Shown here: positions 46,398 to 57,254 of the stretch, in pieces
Numbering within the stretch: position 1 is the first letter of the stretch
How the letters are laid out: every line of letters starts with the position of its first letter
IMG/VR virus record: IMGVR_UViG_3300027749_002876
Span: 248,001-312,000 of that record
Direction: 5' to 3' (one strand)
DNA: 64,000 nt
Made by a program: the position numbers and the translations under genes
The notes under the pieces: model-generated
Seen by the model: only the letters and a program-made list of their open reading frames with translations
Database searches by the model: none
What the model was told of the DNA's origin: nothing

Positions 46398-48320
46398 ATG
46401 GAAAAAGACGAATGGATGGTAGAAACGTTAATACCAAGAAACACCGGTATACGCAAGAAGCCTAACATACAAGCTGTAACATATTTTAATGCTACTAGAA
46501 AAACTAAATTAGTACTAGCTGTAATGGGGTGCTGGGCTATTTGGATGCCACCATATAACTTAGGAAGACTAGCTTCATTAACTAGATCATCCGGATATGC
46601 AACAAAATGTTTTGATTTCAATGTTCAAAGTTATCACGACTTTAGAGAAATGTATCCTGGTTCTGATTTAGAGGATGCTTGGGGTACAGGTAATTGGTGG
46701 TGGTGGAAAGAACGTTATTTTGACAAAATACATGAAAGAAACATTCCACTACTAGAAAAATATGTGGATGAAATATTAGCAGAAGATCCGGATATTGTAG
46801 GATTAAGTTTATACTTTACTAACAGATTGCCGTCAGAGTGGGTAGCTAATGAAATTAAAAGACGTAGACCAAGTGTACTAATTATATTTGGTGGACCTGA
46901 ATGCCATTCAGAAGATTACGTTCCGCCCGAATCGGTCGACCACTGGTTTACGGGAGAATCTGAACAATTACTATTAGATTTTTTAGAGAAATACGAAACG
47001 GGTGAGAAGATTACTGAACGTCATTTGGGCAGTTTATATAGTTCTACTAGAATTGATATTGATAGTTTACCCTTCCCCGACTATTCTGATTTTGACTTTT
47101 CTAAGTATTTAGGACATTTATCAATTAATACTGAAATCAGCAGAGGGTGTATTGCTAAATGTAGCTTTTGTTCCGAAACATATTATTGGAAATATAGAGA
47201 TAGAGAAGCACATTCAATATTAGATGAGATAGAGCACCAAGTAAAAACCAACGAAATTGTTGCTGTTTCATTTGTTGATAGTTTAGTCAATGGCAATCTA
47301 AAAAGTCTCAAAGGTTTTGCTGAAGGATTAATTGATCGTAAATTAAACATTAGATGGTGGGGATATGCCAGATGTGATGGACGTATGGATGGTGCTTACT
47401 TTGATTTGCTTCGTGCTAGCGGTTGTGACGGATTCAGTTACGGAGTAGAAAGCGGTAGCCAAAAAGTATTAGACTTAATGCAGAAAAAAGTTAAAGTATC
47501 TGATATTAATGAAAATCTATATCATTCAGGTAGAGTGGGAATGACAGCTAATGCTAATTGGATTATCGGTGCGCCCGGAGAAGATATTGAGGCATTAGCG
47601 CATAGTATGAACCTTATTTGGAATCATAGAAATAATATACATTCAATTAGTCCAGGCAATGGTTTAGGTGACACGTTGGGTACTGACTATGATAATAGAG
47701 AAAAATACAACATAAACCCTCGTAACAAACCTTTCTTAGGACATTGGTACTCATTAGACTGGACTAATACTCAATTAAACAGATACATTAGAATGAAACT
47801 ATTTGTTATTCTTTTAAAGATAGCAAAAGATCATGGAGTGATTGTTAATCTTAATGGTGACAAAGGTATAACCTCACATTACGATTTAAAATTTGATGAT
47901 GACAATTATATTGTTGATAATATTGAATATGAGAATTTTGAATACCATCTATTAAAAACTGGTTACGGTTTTTTTGCTGACACCGTTGTGAATGAAGTAT
48001 TTTCTTTGTTCAGAATATTGTGGAGAATTAAAGGTGGTTTTGAAATTACGCTAAACTTTGAGCAAGAGGTTGATGTTGAGGCATTTGGTGGATTATTAAC
48101 TCATACACCACATACTTATAATGCAACACATTATTTCAAAATAGATAAAGAGGGTAATTTTCAATCTAATAATACATATGAGTTTTTTTATGAACCAGAA
48201 TCTTGGGATAGAATTGAGAATAAGAGTTTTAAATATGAAGGTAATGTTTCAGGTTATTGGGGTGAAGTAAAGATTGCTCCTGTGAAACGTCACATATGGA
48301 TAGAGAACAATATAAATTAA
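46398..48320 (+). CDS. cobalamin-binding (class B-type) radical SAM enzyme
   Basis: PPYNLGRL, DIVGLS, IIFGGPE, GESE, LPFPDY, SRGCIAKCSFC, GVESGSQKVL; start moved to MEKDEW (GGAG RBS). Confidence 0.9.
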   Translation: MEKDEWMVETLIPRNTGIRKKPNIQAVTYFNATRKTKLVLAVMGCWAIWMPPYNLGRLASLTRSSGYATKCFDFNVQSYHDFREMYPGSDLEDAWGTGNWWWWKERYFDKIHERNIPLLEKYVDEILAEDPDIVGLSLYFTNRLPSEWVANEIKRRRPSVLIIFGGPECHSEDYVPPESVDHWFTGESEQLLLDFLEKYETGEKITERHLGSLYSSTRIDIDSLPFPDYSDFDFSKYLGHLSINTEISRGCIAKCSFCSETYYWKYRDREAHSILDEIEHQVKTNEIVAVSFVDSLVNGNLKSLKGFAEGLIDRKLNIRWWGYARCDGRMDGAYFDLLRASGCDGFSYGVESGSQKVLDLMQKKVKVSDINENLYHSGRVGMTANANWIIGAPGEDIEALAHSMNLIWNHRNNIHSISPGNGLGDTLGTDYDNREKYNINPRNKPFLGHWYSLDWTNTQLNRYIRMKLFVILLKIAKDHGVIVNLNGDKGITSHYDLKFDDDNYIVDNIEYENFEYHLLKTGYGFFADTVVNEVFSLFRILWRIKGGFEITLNFEQEVDVEAFGGLLTHTPHTYNATHYFKIDKEGNFQSNNTYEFFYEPESWDRIENKSFKYEGNVSGYWGEVKIAPVKRHIWIENNIN

Positions 48321-48330
48321 GGTATATTAA

Positions 48331-49716
48331 ATGAATAACACTAAAACGTTTTGCAACATGGCATGGGATTATCCTATGTTCTTTATGTTTAAAAATGCAG
48401 TAGGTTACTGCTGTAGAACACCTAGAATAGATATTGATAATGAATTACTAGAGGAGATGAAAGAGGACTTTTGGTCTAATCATCCTAGCTTTGTCAATAG
48501 AAGAAAAGAATTAATCAATGGTATAAAAAGTAAAGATTGTGATACCTGTTGGCAATTAGAAGATGCTGGATTTAAAAGCTCTAGGAATGATGACCACTTC
48601 AATATGTTTATGAAGAAAAATTATCCCAATTTTAATGAAAAATTAGACCAGCGTTTATTTAAATTCTTTCCAGGCATTGAACGTAGTAACTATTCAAATG
48701 TAATTGAAATTGTATTGAATAACACATGTGATGCAAAATGTACATATTGTAGTGAACATTATAGTACTCAATGGGTAACTGAAAAAAAGAAGTTTGGTGG
48801 AATAAGTCCGTATTATACTGACATGAATGACAGAAATCCTAGAGCAGAAGAACTGTTCTGGTCATGGTATGAAAACAAAGTATTACATACTAATAAACGT
48901 TTTGGATTCATTGGTGGTGAACCGTTAATTATTGATGCATTATATGAATGTTTTGATAAATTAATTGAAATACATGAAAGAAAACAACTATCAATTCAGT
49001 CTGATGCGGATAAAATGGAACTATGTATTACTAGTAATATGAATACACCTCCTGCATATTTTGAAAAGTTTATGGGGTATGTGAAAAAACTAGAAAAACA
49101 TTTCAGAATTATCATTCAAGTAAGCGGTGAAAACGTAGGTGACGATTTAGAATATATACGACACGGTGTTAAATGGAAACGTTGGTCTAGAAATGTTGAA
49201 TATTTATTAGACAATACTAACATTACGCTAAACTTTTTACCATGCTTAAGCTTGTTAACTATTCCTAGATTTAACGAATACATACAATATGTAAACAAGT
49301 TAAACAAAAAATACGGAGTAATGAAAATACATCAAAACATTGTTACATGGCCAGTAGAACAAAGTCCTATGATAGCTCCTAAAGAATTTTCCCAGTACTT
49401 TGATCCATGCATTGACAGTGTGAATGAAATTCTTGCCGGAGAAATTAAGGATCGATTTATACGAGGTGAATATGAAAACCTATTATTGTGGCTTACAAAA
49501 ACACGTGAAGCTATTATAAGCAATCCAAGTGCAAGTGAACCTGTTGAGAATGCTAAAAAGTTTTATTCTTTTTTTAATGAGTTAGATCGTAGAAGAAATA
49601 CTAGTGTATTGAAAATATTTCCTGAAATAAAAGAATTTTATGACACAGGTAAACAGTTATATGAAGGCACAGTACAACCACGCATTATACCAATTGTAGC
49701 TGTGACAAATGAATAA
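48331..49716 (+). CDS. radical SAM enzyme with N-terminal twitch-like Cys domain
   Basis: FC...YCC...CDTCW; CDAKCTYC; IGGEPL. Confidence 0.88.
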   Translation: MNNTKTFCNMAWDYPMFFMFKNAVGYCCRTPRIDIDNELLEEMKEDFWSNHPSFVNRRKELINGIKSKDCDTCWQLEDAGFKSSRNDDHFNMFMKKNYPNFNEKLDQRLFKFFPGIERSNYSNVIEIVLNNTCDAKCTYCSEHYSTQWVTEKKKFGGISPYYTDMNDRNPRAEELFWSWYENKVLHTNKRFGFIGGEPLIIDALYECFDKLIEIHERKQLSIQSDADKMELCITSNMNTPPAYFEKFMGYVKKLEKHFRIIIQVSGENVGDDLEYIRHGVKWKRWSRNVEYLLDNTNITLNFLPCLSLLTIPRFNEYIQYVNKLNKKYGVMKIHQNIVTWPVEQSPMIAPKEFSQYFDPCIDSVNEILAGEIKDRFIRGEYENLLLWLTKTREAIISNPSASEPVENAKKFYSFFNELDRRRNTSVLKIFPEIKEFYDTGKQLYEGTVQPRIIPIVAVTNE

Positions 49717-50938
49717 CAATTTACCAAATAGTGCAACATTGTGTACACAATTATGGAATCATGCTGTTGTTGATATAGATAAGAAAAAAATCAGAGCATG
49801 TTGTAAAACTCCTTCTATACAATTAACAGATAATGATATTGCTACATACAAGCAAGATGCTTTTATTAATTTACCAGTAATACGTGAAGCAAGAAAAGAA
49901 ATGCTTGACGGTGAGAAGCCAGCTATGTGCCGCACCTGCTGGGATTTAGAAGCCAAAGGAAATTTTAGTTTTAGAACTGGGAATTTTGCTTGGCAAAACT
50001 ATTTTAAAGATTTAAATTACAGTGATTATACATTATCAAATCATCCAAATGATTTAGATATACAGTTGGATAACTATTGTGATTTAAAGTGTTTATATTG
50101 CAATGAAGAATTTAGTAGCCAATGGCAAGCAGAGAAACAAAAGTTTGGTGATATACAGTCTTTTATCCCTATACAAACAGCACATGATGACTTTGTTAAA
50201 ATTTTCTTTACATGGTTTAACACAGTAAAAGATAACTTTGAACGTATTGCTTTTTTAGGCGGGGAGCCATTAATCAGTCCTCGTTTCTATGAGTTACTTG
50301 ATATGATTCTTGAAGCGTACAATAATAAATTCCCCGATGAATTGGTGATTAATATCATAACTAATCTGAATACTACATCAAAATACTTAGAAAAATTTAT
50401 TGACACTATCAATCGTTATAAAGATAAAGTTAAGTTTAACATAAACATTTCACAAGAAGCATATGGGCAGCAAGCTGAAGCTATTAGACATGGTTTAGAT
50501 TTTAACAGATTTATGTTTAATTTTAATGAGTTAGCCAAAATTAAAGGGATTGTATTAAGCACTATAACTACTGTCAATGTATTGAGCCTAAGTACATTGT
50601 ATAAGTATTTAAAATTTGTGACTGAGATTGAAAAAGAACACAATGTTCACGTTATCATTTATCCAAACTTAGTGAGCTTTCCAGAACATTTACAAGTTTC
50701 ATTAATGGATAAACAGTTGGGTAAAGAATATATTGATTTGGCTATTGAAGCTTTATCCGAAAAAAATCACCAGGGGTACATTGACTTCTTAAATACATTA
50801 TACGATAAGTTTGTCTTTGAAGAAATCAGAGATACAGATAACCACAATTCTCTTATAAAAGAACTAGAAACTCTGTCTGTTAGACGAAACGTAAATTATA
50901 AGGAAATATTTAATGAGTACAAATACATCTGGGGATAA
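49709..50938 (+). CDS. radical SAM enzyme with N-terminal twitch-like Cys domain
   Basis: LC...ACC...CRTCW; CDLKCLYC; LGGEPL. Confidence 0.88.
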   Translation: MNNNLPNSATLCTQLWNHAVVDIDKKKIRACCKTPSIQLTDNDIATYKQDAFINLPVIREARKEMLDGEKPAMCRTCWDLEAKGNFSFRTGNFAWQNYFKDLNYSDYTLSNHPNDLDIQLDNYCDLKCLYCNEEFSSQWQAEKQKFGDIQSFIPIQTAHDDFVKIFFTWFNTVKDNFERIAFLGGEPLISPRFYELLDMILEAYNNKFPDELVINIITNLNTTSKYLEKFIDTINRYKDKVKFNINISQEAYGQQAEAIRHGLDFNRFMFNFNELAKIKGIVLSTITTVNVLSLSTLYKYLKFVTEIEKEHNVHVIIYPNLVSFPEHLQVSLMDKQLGKEYIDLAIEALSEKNHQGYIDFLNTLYDKFVFEEIRDTDNHNSLIKELETLSVRRNVNYKEIFNEYKYIWG

Positions 50939-52508
50939 CTCAGTTTGGGATTCACTGACACATGAACATGCTGAGTCAGGAAAAGTGTACAACGAAACAC
51001 TCGAGGTTATAACACCACCATTACAAAACTACATGGATGAACCTACCTTCCCTGCACAAGTTGATCCAGCTAACGTATCTTGTAAATTCAAATGGGATTA
51101 TCCTATTGTTAACTTGATGAGCGGTCATAGTAGAACATGTTGCCGTGTACCAAAACAAGTTATAACTCAACAAGACCTTGATATGTATGGCATAGATGCT
51201 ATTCAAAATTTACCATACGAACAAGATAGACGTAGAGAAAAGATTTTAGGTATTACACATGTTGATTGTGAATCTTGTGTAAGATTAGAATGGAATGGTG
51301 CTATTAGCCCTCGTAGTAATATGCAAGGGTTTGTTAATGAGTGGTTAATTACCCATCATAATGCATATCCACATAAAGTAAAAAATGTACAGAAATGGCA
51401 CGTTGACCATATGCCAACAAATGCCAATGACTTACCCTTCAATCATCCATTACTAAGAGCAGATCATCCTGATATGTTAGAAATTATCTTGGGTAATCAT
51501 TGTGATTTGAAATGTACATATTGTAGTATTCATTACAGCACTCAATGGCAAACTGAATTAATTAAGTTTGGTGATATCAAAAAAGAAGATATTGACCATC
51601 ATTTTCCGGCAGCGCCTGAAAAATTAGAACCTGTATTCTGGGAATGGTTCTATGATGTTGGTCGTCATTCTAGTAAAGTTATTAACATTCTAGGTGGCGA
51701 GCCTACATATATGCCAAAGTTTTATGATGTTATGGAAAAGTTAACAGCGGCTTACAAAGACTTAGGTAAGAAAGATAGACATGTTGAATTAGGTATATTA
51801 TCTAACATGAACACTAAACAACCACAAATGGATCGTTTTTTAAATCTATTACCTGAACTTACTAAGTATCTATTTTTAAGATTACAACCTAGCATTGAAG
51901 CTGTTGGTAAGAAAGCAGAATATATTAGATATGGTTTAGATTGGAATCGATTTGAAGGTAACATCAAAAGAATATTAGGAGAACGATCTAAGTATGGATT
52001 AACTCCTGACAACTTTGGCATGGGATTTCAAATGGCTTTGAATAGCTTTAGTATTTCAAGTTTACCAGACTTTATTCATTGGTCTAATGAATTGATTAAT
52101 GAGTTTGACTTTGAAATTGGATTGATGAAAAATGTGGTTAGTTTTCCTAGACACCATAATCCACACGTACTTACTCCTGACTTTGGTACTTACCTTGAAC
52201 AAGCACGTGATTATATTGAAATATATGCCGAGCGCAATGATAGACAAATCAGAAGATTATCAGCATTGCATCATGGTGTCCCCCCTCATGGTAGTTGGGT
52301 GAGCTATAATGTAGATTTATTAAACAGTTTAGTAGATTCTGTCAGTAGTGATTATCGCAGTGAATATGATGTTGAAAGCCGTGGCCATTGGTATCATTTT
52401 GTAGAATCTATGAAGCATAGAAGAAATATTGATGTATTAGAATATTATCCTGAAATGACAGAATTTTATAATTTGTGCAAGAAACATGCACAACATGGTG
52501 ATAAATAA
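50913..52508 (+). CDS. radical SAM enzyme with N-terminal twitch-like Cys domain
   Basis: SC...TCC...CESC; CDLKCTYC; LGGEPT. Confidence 0.88.
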   Translation: MSTNTSGDNSVWDSLTHEHAESGKVYNETLEVITPPLQNYMDEPTFPAQVDPANVSCKFKWDYPIVNLMSGHSRTCCRVPKQVITQQDLDMYGIDAIQNLPYEQDRRREKILGITHVDCESCVRLEWNGAISPRSNMQGFVNEWLITHHNAYPHKVKNVQKWHVDHMPTNANDLPFNHPLLRADHPDMLEIILGNHCDLKCTYCSIHYSTQWQTELIKFGDIKKEDIDHHFPAAPEKLEPVFWEWFYDVGRHSSKVINILGGEPTYMPKFYDVMEKLTAAYKDLGKKDRHVELGILSNMNTKQPQMDRFLNLLPELTKYLFLRLQPSIEAVGKKAEYIRYGLDWNRFEGNIKRILGERSKYGLTPDNFGMGFQMALNSFSISSLPDFIHWSNELINEFDFEIGLMKNVVSFPRHHNPHVLTPDFGTYLEQARDYIEIYAERNDRQIRRLSALHHGVPPHGSWVSYNVDLLNSLVDSVSSDYRSEYDVESRGHWYHFVESMKHRRNIDVLEYYPEMTEFYNLCKKHAQHGDK

Positions 52509-52512
52509 AAAA

Positions 52513-53187
52513 ATGAATATTACATTTACGTTAGATCCAAACAATAGATCGATATACTATATCAATTTAGAAGTAAGCCCTGAAATACTCGAAGAACTCA
52601 AGCAGGAAAATTGGGTACCTATTACTCCTACTCATTTAGATGAATATTATACAAAACGTCATCGTCTAGATGATGGATACGGAATAAAAGGTTTATTAGT
52701 ACGTAAAGTATACACTTTTATGAGGTCTTCTGAATTTAAAAAAACTATGTTAGACTTGATATGGAAAGATATGACATTTCAACATAAATGGGGTCCTCGT
52801 CTTAACTATGAAAAAATTAACAATTGTACCATTGTTGAATTTGGTTTTGATAAAGATTGTCCTGGATTTAGTACAGACCTTCATTTAGAAAATCGTTGTC
52901 AAATTGCATTTGGTAAGATTTTTTTTGTACCTGAGGATGCGGAAAATAAAAGCTCATATTTTTATAGAACAATAAATCGTGATGATCCTTTAAGAGTCCC
53001 TGTAGGTATGGGACTAGGTTGGCTATGTGTCAATACACATGAAGGTTGGCATGAAGGTTATAACGCTAGTGAGGAAGATAGATATTCATCTAGTATAAAT
53101 TTTACATTTGATATATTTAACAACGGCCATGTAAAAAGCGATGACGCCACTATTAAATATATACGTGGCGAAGCTGCTTCTATTTAA
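52513..53187 (+). CDS. 2OG-Fe(II) oxygenase-like protein
   Basis: DCPGFSTDLHLE, NTHEGWHEG, R-Y-S distal motif; start moved to MNITF after GATAAATA (52500-52507). Confidence 0.55.
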   Translation: MNITFTLDPNNRSIYYINLEVSPEILEELKQENWVPITPTHLDEYYTKRHRLDDGYGIKGLLVRKVYTFMRSSEFKKTMLDLIWKDMTFQHKWGPRLNYEKINNCTIVEFGFDKDCPGFSTDLHLENRCQIAFGKIFFVPEDAENKSSYFYRTINRDDPLRVPVGMGLGWLCVNTHEGWHEGYNASEEDRYSSSINFTFDIFNNGHVKSDDATIKYIRGEAASI

Positions 53188-54371
53188 TAATTTATTAATT
53201 TCCATAATTCAGGCAAATAGTCTTTCATATCTGTTTGTCTATAGTCATCGTGTAATTTTAAAAAGTTAATTAACTTAATTCTATATTCTTCTGCATTAGA
53301 ATATTCATATCCATCATCATTTGGTAGATTAATGAAATTAATGATAAATTCTTTGTGACCGGTGTCAGGAGATTTTAAATTATACTTACTAAAATCTATC
53401 TTATCTATTTTTTCTACTAATTTATTTTTTAATCTTGATGGTAAGTTTTTAAGACATAACATTTGTGGATCATGTATTAGATTTGCAAACATAATAAAAC
53501 AACCATACTTACTTAATTCATCTAATATTTCTTCTAAGTTTAAAATATTTAAAATACTAGCAGTTGGATAAATACCAACAAAGAAAGGGTGTGGTAATAC
53601 AGCATATTTTTTGATGTTATCATCTATTTTATTCCATTTTGCTGGCCAACGTTGATATTCAAATCTAGTACCAATATCATCTATACTCAAAAACAAATTT
53701 ATTCTTTTAAATTGTTTAAGTAATTCTATTAGTTCATCAGTATATACTGTACCATTTGTATTCAGTGTTAAACTAATATTTTTAGCTAAATTTTTATCTA
53801 CTAAAAATTTAATGTAATCCAATACTTCATCATTGATTAATGGTTCACCGCCGTATATTAATAGATATTCAAGATTGACTGACATATCATGCAATGCTTG
53901 TAATCGTTCACCTTCAAATTTATCTAATGATACCGTTTCATAGTAATCAGCTGGTATCAACGGTATATTTAATTTATTAAATTGTGTTTGCCATAAACTA
54001 CTTAGATAAGGACTACATATGCGACAAGCCAAATTACATTTATTAGATAGTTTTAAACTAAGGTAATTTACAACAGGCTTATCAATTCTATACCTGTTGT
54101 TATATTGATTTTGTTGACGTAAACTAAAAACTCCGGCTTCTTCTTCAGTCCAACATCTTATACATTCTTCTGGTTTCTCCCCTGCTAAGAATTTCTTTCG
54201 TAATGTATTAACATCTTCACTATTCCAAATAGTATCTAATCTATCTTCAAGTATATTATACATCCCGATCTGATCGGGTTTTTTAATTACTTTACGTATT
54301 TTACAGCATACTTGACATGAGCCTTCTGGACTTATTTCCAAACTGTTAAAGGGCATTGAACAAAAACTCAT
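53184..54371 (-). CDS. twitch-domain radical SAM enzyme
   Basis: FCSMPF..VCC..CIRCW; CNLACRIC; YGGEPL; NTNGT. Confidence 0.9.
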   Translation of the reverse strand: MSFCSMPFNSLEISPEGSCQVCCKIRKVIKKPDQIGMYNILEDRLDTIWNSEDVNTLRKKFLAGEKPEECIRCWTEEEAGVFSLRQQNQYNNRYRIDKPVVNYLSLKLSNKCNLACRICSPYLSSLWQTQFNKLNIPLIPADYYETVSLDKFEGERLQALHDMSVNLEYLLIYGGEPLINDEVLDYIKFLVDKNLAKNISLTLNTNGTVYTDELIELLKQFKRINLFLSIDDIGTRFEYQRWPAKWNKIDDNIKKYAVLPHPFFVGIYPTASILNILNLEEILDELSKYGCFIMFANLIHDPQMLCLKNLPSRLKNKLVEKIDKIDFSKYNLKSPDTGHKEFIINFINLPNDDGYEYSNAEEYRIKLINFLKLHDDYRQTDMKDYLPELWKLINY

Positions 54372-55594
54372 TCTAATAAACCTTTCAGTTCAGGGAACAA
54401 TTCAATTGTATTTTCTTTTCTAATACCATCTAATAATTTAGTTTCTATTTTTAAATTATCAATTTCAGTTTGTGTATCGTCTGAATACATATACTTTATA
54501 ACCTTATGTATTTCATTTATAGTAACATCAGTAAGAGTATATGATTCACATTTTTTAGCATATTCTAGCCAATGCTGTTCTACTAATTCTTTTTTATCTT
54601 TAGGTAAAGATGTAAGATTGTACATTACTGGGTCTGTTAGTATGTTATAATAGATGTTATCAATATGAATTATACCTTCATCAGCTAAAAACAAATGCAT
54701 TTTAGGTAAATGAAACGCATTCAATATGCTAATGGTAGGACATAATTGTAAATAGATATCTGGACAATTTTGTTTAATTGTTCTTAGATTAGATAAGATA
54801 TTATCCCATGTACTGCCATTGCGTATGATGCTGGCTTGTTCCCAACCAGCATCTAAACTTAGTGATAGTCGGACTTTCTTAAATAAATTCCAATAATCAG
54901 TTACCACATTTTTATCTTTAAATGTTAGGCGTGTACAATTTGTATTGTAACGCAATACCAAATCAAATTTCTTATGCTCAACTAGAATATCTAATATTTC
55001 GTAATGTTCTGCCAATAGTAATGGCTCTCCACCACAAAAATATATTTCTTCAATACTATCTAAATTGTTTTTGAAAAACTCAAAAAAATCATTCTTTTCA
55101 TCAAACGCTTTTTGCAATACAGGAACTTTTCTTTTCAAACTAGATACTGTTTCTTCTGCTATGCTACTACTATTGATATGGTCACATGTTCTGCATTTTA
55201 AATTACAGAGATTACTAAATCTTACGTCCCATGTGGCTATTTTATTTCCAACAAGATTGTTATTTTCATCAAATTCTAGTTTTTTAAATGCATCACCATA
55301 ATTTCTGTTACTAAACCATCTATAACTATGAGCACCATATGTTTGTTCAGGCAATGAACAACGATTACAGGACTCTGGTAATTTAGGTCCATTAATCATT
55401 TGTTGTTGCATTTCTGTTAGTTTGACATTAGAATTAGAATATATGTCAGACATTTTTTGAGTTTTTGTATCACCTAATATATAATTTTGATTGATACAAC
55501 ATGGGATGGCTCTTCCGTCTGTCCAAACACAAGCATGAATAAAAGGAAGAACACAAAAATGGTTAGAATTAAGTAAATGTTCTTTATCAATCAT
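54368..55594 (-). CDS. twitch-domain radical SAM enzyme
   Basis: FCVLPF..PCC..CNRC; CNLKCRTC; CGGEPL. Confidence 0.9.
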   Translation of the reverse strand: MIDKEHLLNSNHFCVLPFIHACVWTDGRAIPCCINQNYILGDTKTQKMSDIYSNSNVKLTEMQQQMINGPKLPESCNRCSLPEQTYGAHSYRWFSNRNYGDAFKKLEFDENNNLVGNKIATWDVRFSNLCNLKCRTCDHINSSSIAEETVSSLKRKVPVLQKAFDEKNDFFEFFKNNLDSIEEIYFCGGEPLLLAEHYEILDILVEHKKFDLVLRYNTNCTRLTFKDKNVVTDYWNLFKKVRLSLSLDAGWEQASIIRNGSTWDNILSNLRTIKQNCPDIYLQLCPTISILNAFHLPKMHLFLADEGIIHIDNIYYNILTDPVMYNLTSLPKDKKELVEQHWLEYAKKCESYTLTDVTINEIHKVIKYMYSDDTQTEIDNLKIETKLLDGIRKENTIELFPELKGLLE

Positions 55595-56307
55595 GTTGGT
55601 TGTTTGCTTATTAAAATATTTATATAGTCTTGTACTTCTTTGGCATTCTCTATCATTTCATAAGGGTTATCGGGTAATTGTTTTTCTAAACGAATATTAG
55701 TAATAATTGGAATTAAAAAATATCTAGTCAAATCATAAACAGCACGTTCATATCTTACAGTAAAGGTAGTATCCAGTTTATATTCCATAATTAATTTATC
55801 AAAATTTATAATTCTATTGTATAACCATGACATATTTGGAAAAAGTTTGGTAGGTATATGAATAGGATTATCATGTGTGCCGTGAAGTGAATTCCATTTA
55901 TTAGTAGAAAGACCAAATACATAACTTACCAAGTGATTTTCTATATTTTCTCTTTTTATAATTAGAAATTTAAAATTTAATGCATGTAGCTCATTTAATA
56001 TCTTTGTTGTAAAAGGTATATTATCTTCAGTTAAAAATAATTTTATTACCAATGATTGATCTTGATTACCAGTTTTTAAAAGGTTAAGTACATAATCAAT
56101 CTGCACTTCATGGGAATCGTATTTTGTAAAATCAGAAGGTATTGCACGTAATAAACGATTGTCATATTGTTCTATACAATAGGGATGTCCAACCGTAAAA
56201 GGCTCTGCTAAATTTTTCATGCCTGATCCTATTGATCTAGCTATCAATTCTGAAACATACTGACTACCAGATCTGGGTAGACCTATCAGACAAATTCTAG
56301 TAGTCAT
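55591..56307 (-). CDS. sulfotransferase-like protein
   Basis: GLPRSGS PAPS-binding loop, EPF, KREN...VS, VRYE. Confidence 0.7.
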   Translation of the reverse strand: MTTRICLIGLPRSGSQYVSELIARSIGSGMKNLAEPFTVGHPYCIEQYDNRLLRAIPSDFTKYDSHEVQIDYVLNLLKTGNQDQSLVIKLFLTEDNIPFTTKILNELHALNFKFLIIKRENIENHLVSYVFGLSTNKWNSLHGTHDNPIHIPTKLFPNMSWLYNRIINFDKLIMEYKLDTTFTVRYERAVYDLTRYFLIPIITNIRLEKQLPDNPYEMIENAKEVQDYINILISKQPT

Positions 56308-57254
56308 GCTACCTTTGTACTCATTATGTCAAAATTGCAATGGCACATTGTTTTATCACATAGTATTGGATCTTTTGGTACTTCAAAATTCTCAAAAATA
56401 TTCCCAATCTTGTCACCCACTCTACACCATCCTCTATATACATCACCTCTTAGGTCCACAATGATTTGCTCTACACCTGCATAACATTTCCAGCCACTCC
56501 AGTCATTTGTTTTTTGGCTAATAAATCTATGTGCGCTTGATACAATCTCAGTACCATCTTCTTGTACCATCTTCATTGCACCACGATAATAATCAAATGA
56601 TTTGGTGTACTTAATATGTTTAACAATCAATTCATGTTGTTTATCAAATATCTTTTTCTGAAACTCATCGTAGTCATACAATGTATCACCAAAGTCATGT
56701 ATCAATGGTTGTAATGCCATACTGATATTACCTATACCTTTAACTTTGTTTGCTATAGCATAACAAAAGTCAAATTTTTCAGGACTCATCATAATGTTAA
56801 CATGAGTTCTAACATCATTATTGATTAATTTAACTACTTGAACAAAGTGGTCAGCATCAGCAAACTCAGGATGAAAACTTAAACATACGTGGTCAAAGTA
56901 TTGTTTGTTATCTTCCCACCAACGTAACGTTCTACTACCATTACTGATTAATCCAACTTTAGCTCCCAACTCAGTGCAATGTTTGCATATCTCTATAAAA
57001 TGTTTGTATAATGTTACTTCACCACCAGTTAATTCAAAATAAACTTTACGCGGAGCAACTTGTTCTACTACACGTGAAATAAATTCTTTAACTAAATCAA
57101 TTTCAGGCCATTTAATACTACCTGAGTGTAAATTATCCGGACAATAACTACATTCAAAATTACAAGTGTTGCCTAAACACCAGTTAACTACAAACCATTC
57201 TTCATGCTCCGGAGTACTATGTGCTAATTTAATATATTTGTGTTCCATTACCAT
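56304..57254 (-). CDS. radical SAM enzyme with C-terminal SPASM-like domain
   Basis: CNFECSYC, TGGEVT, SNGSR; C-terminal WKC...WC...CDKTMCHC. Confidence 0.9.
   Translation of the reverse strand: MVMEHKYIKLAHSTPEHEEWFVVNWCLGNTCNFECSYCPDNLHSGSIKWPEIDLVKEFISRVVEQVAPRKVYFELTGGEVTLYKHFIEICKHCTELGAKVGLISNGSRTLRWWEDNKQYFDHVCLSFHPEFADADHFVQVVKLINNDVRTHVNIMMSPEKFDFCYAIANKVKGIGNISMALQPLIHDFGDTLYDYDEFQKKIFDKQHELIVKHIKYTKSFDYYRGAMKMVQEDGTEIVSSAHRFISQKTNDWSGWKCYAGVEQIIVDLRGDVYRGWCRVGDKIGNIFENFEVPKDPILCDKTMCHCNFDIMSTKVA

Noticed and set aside
45302-57254. Assigning radical SAM genes to MoaA, QueE, NrdG or a RiPP pathway
   Set aside because: No partner genes (moaC, queC/queD, nrdD) and no clear precursor peptide or RiPP recognition element in the cluster
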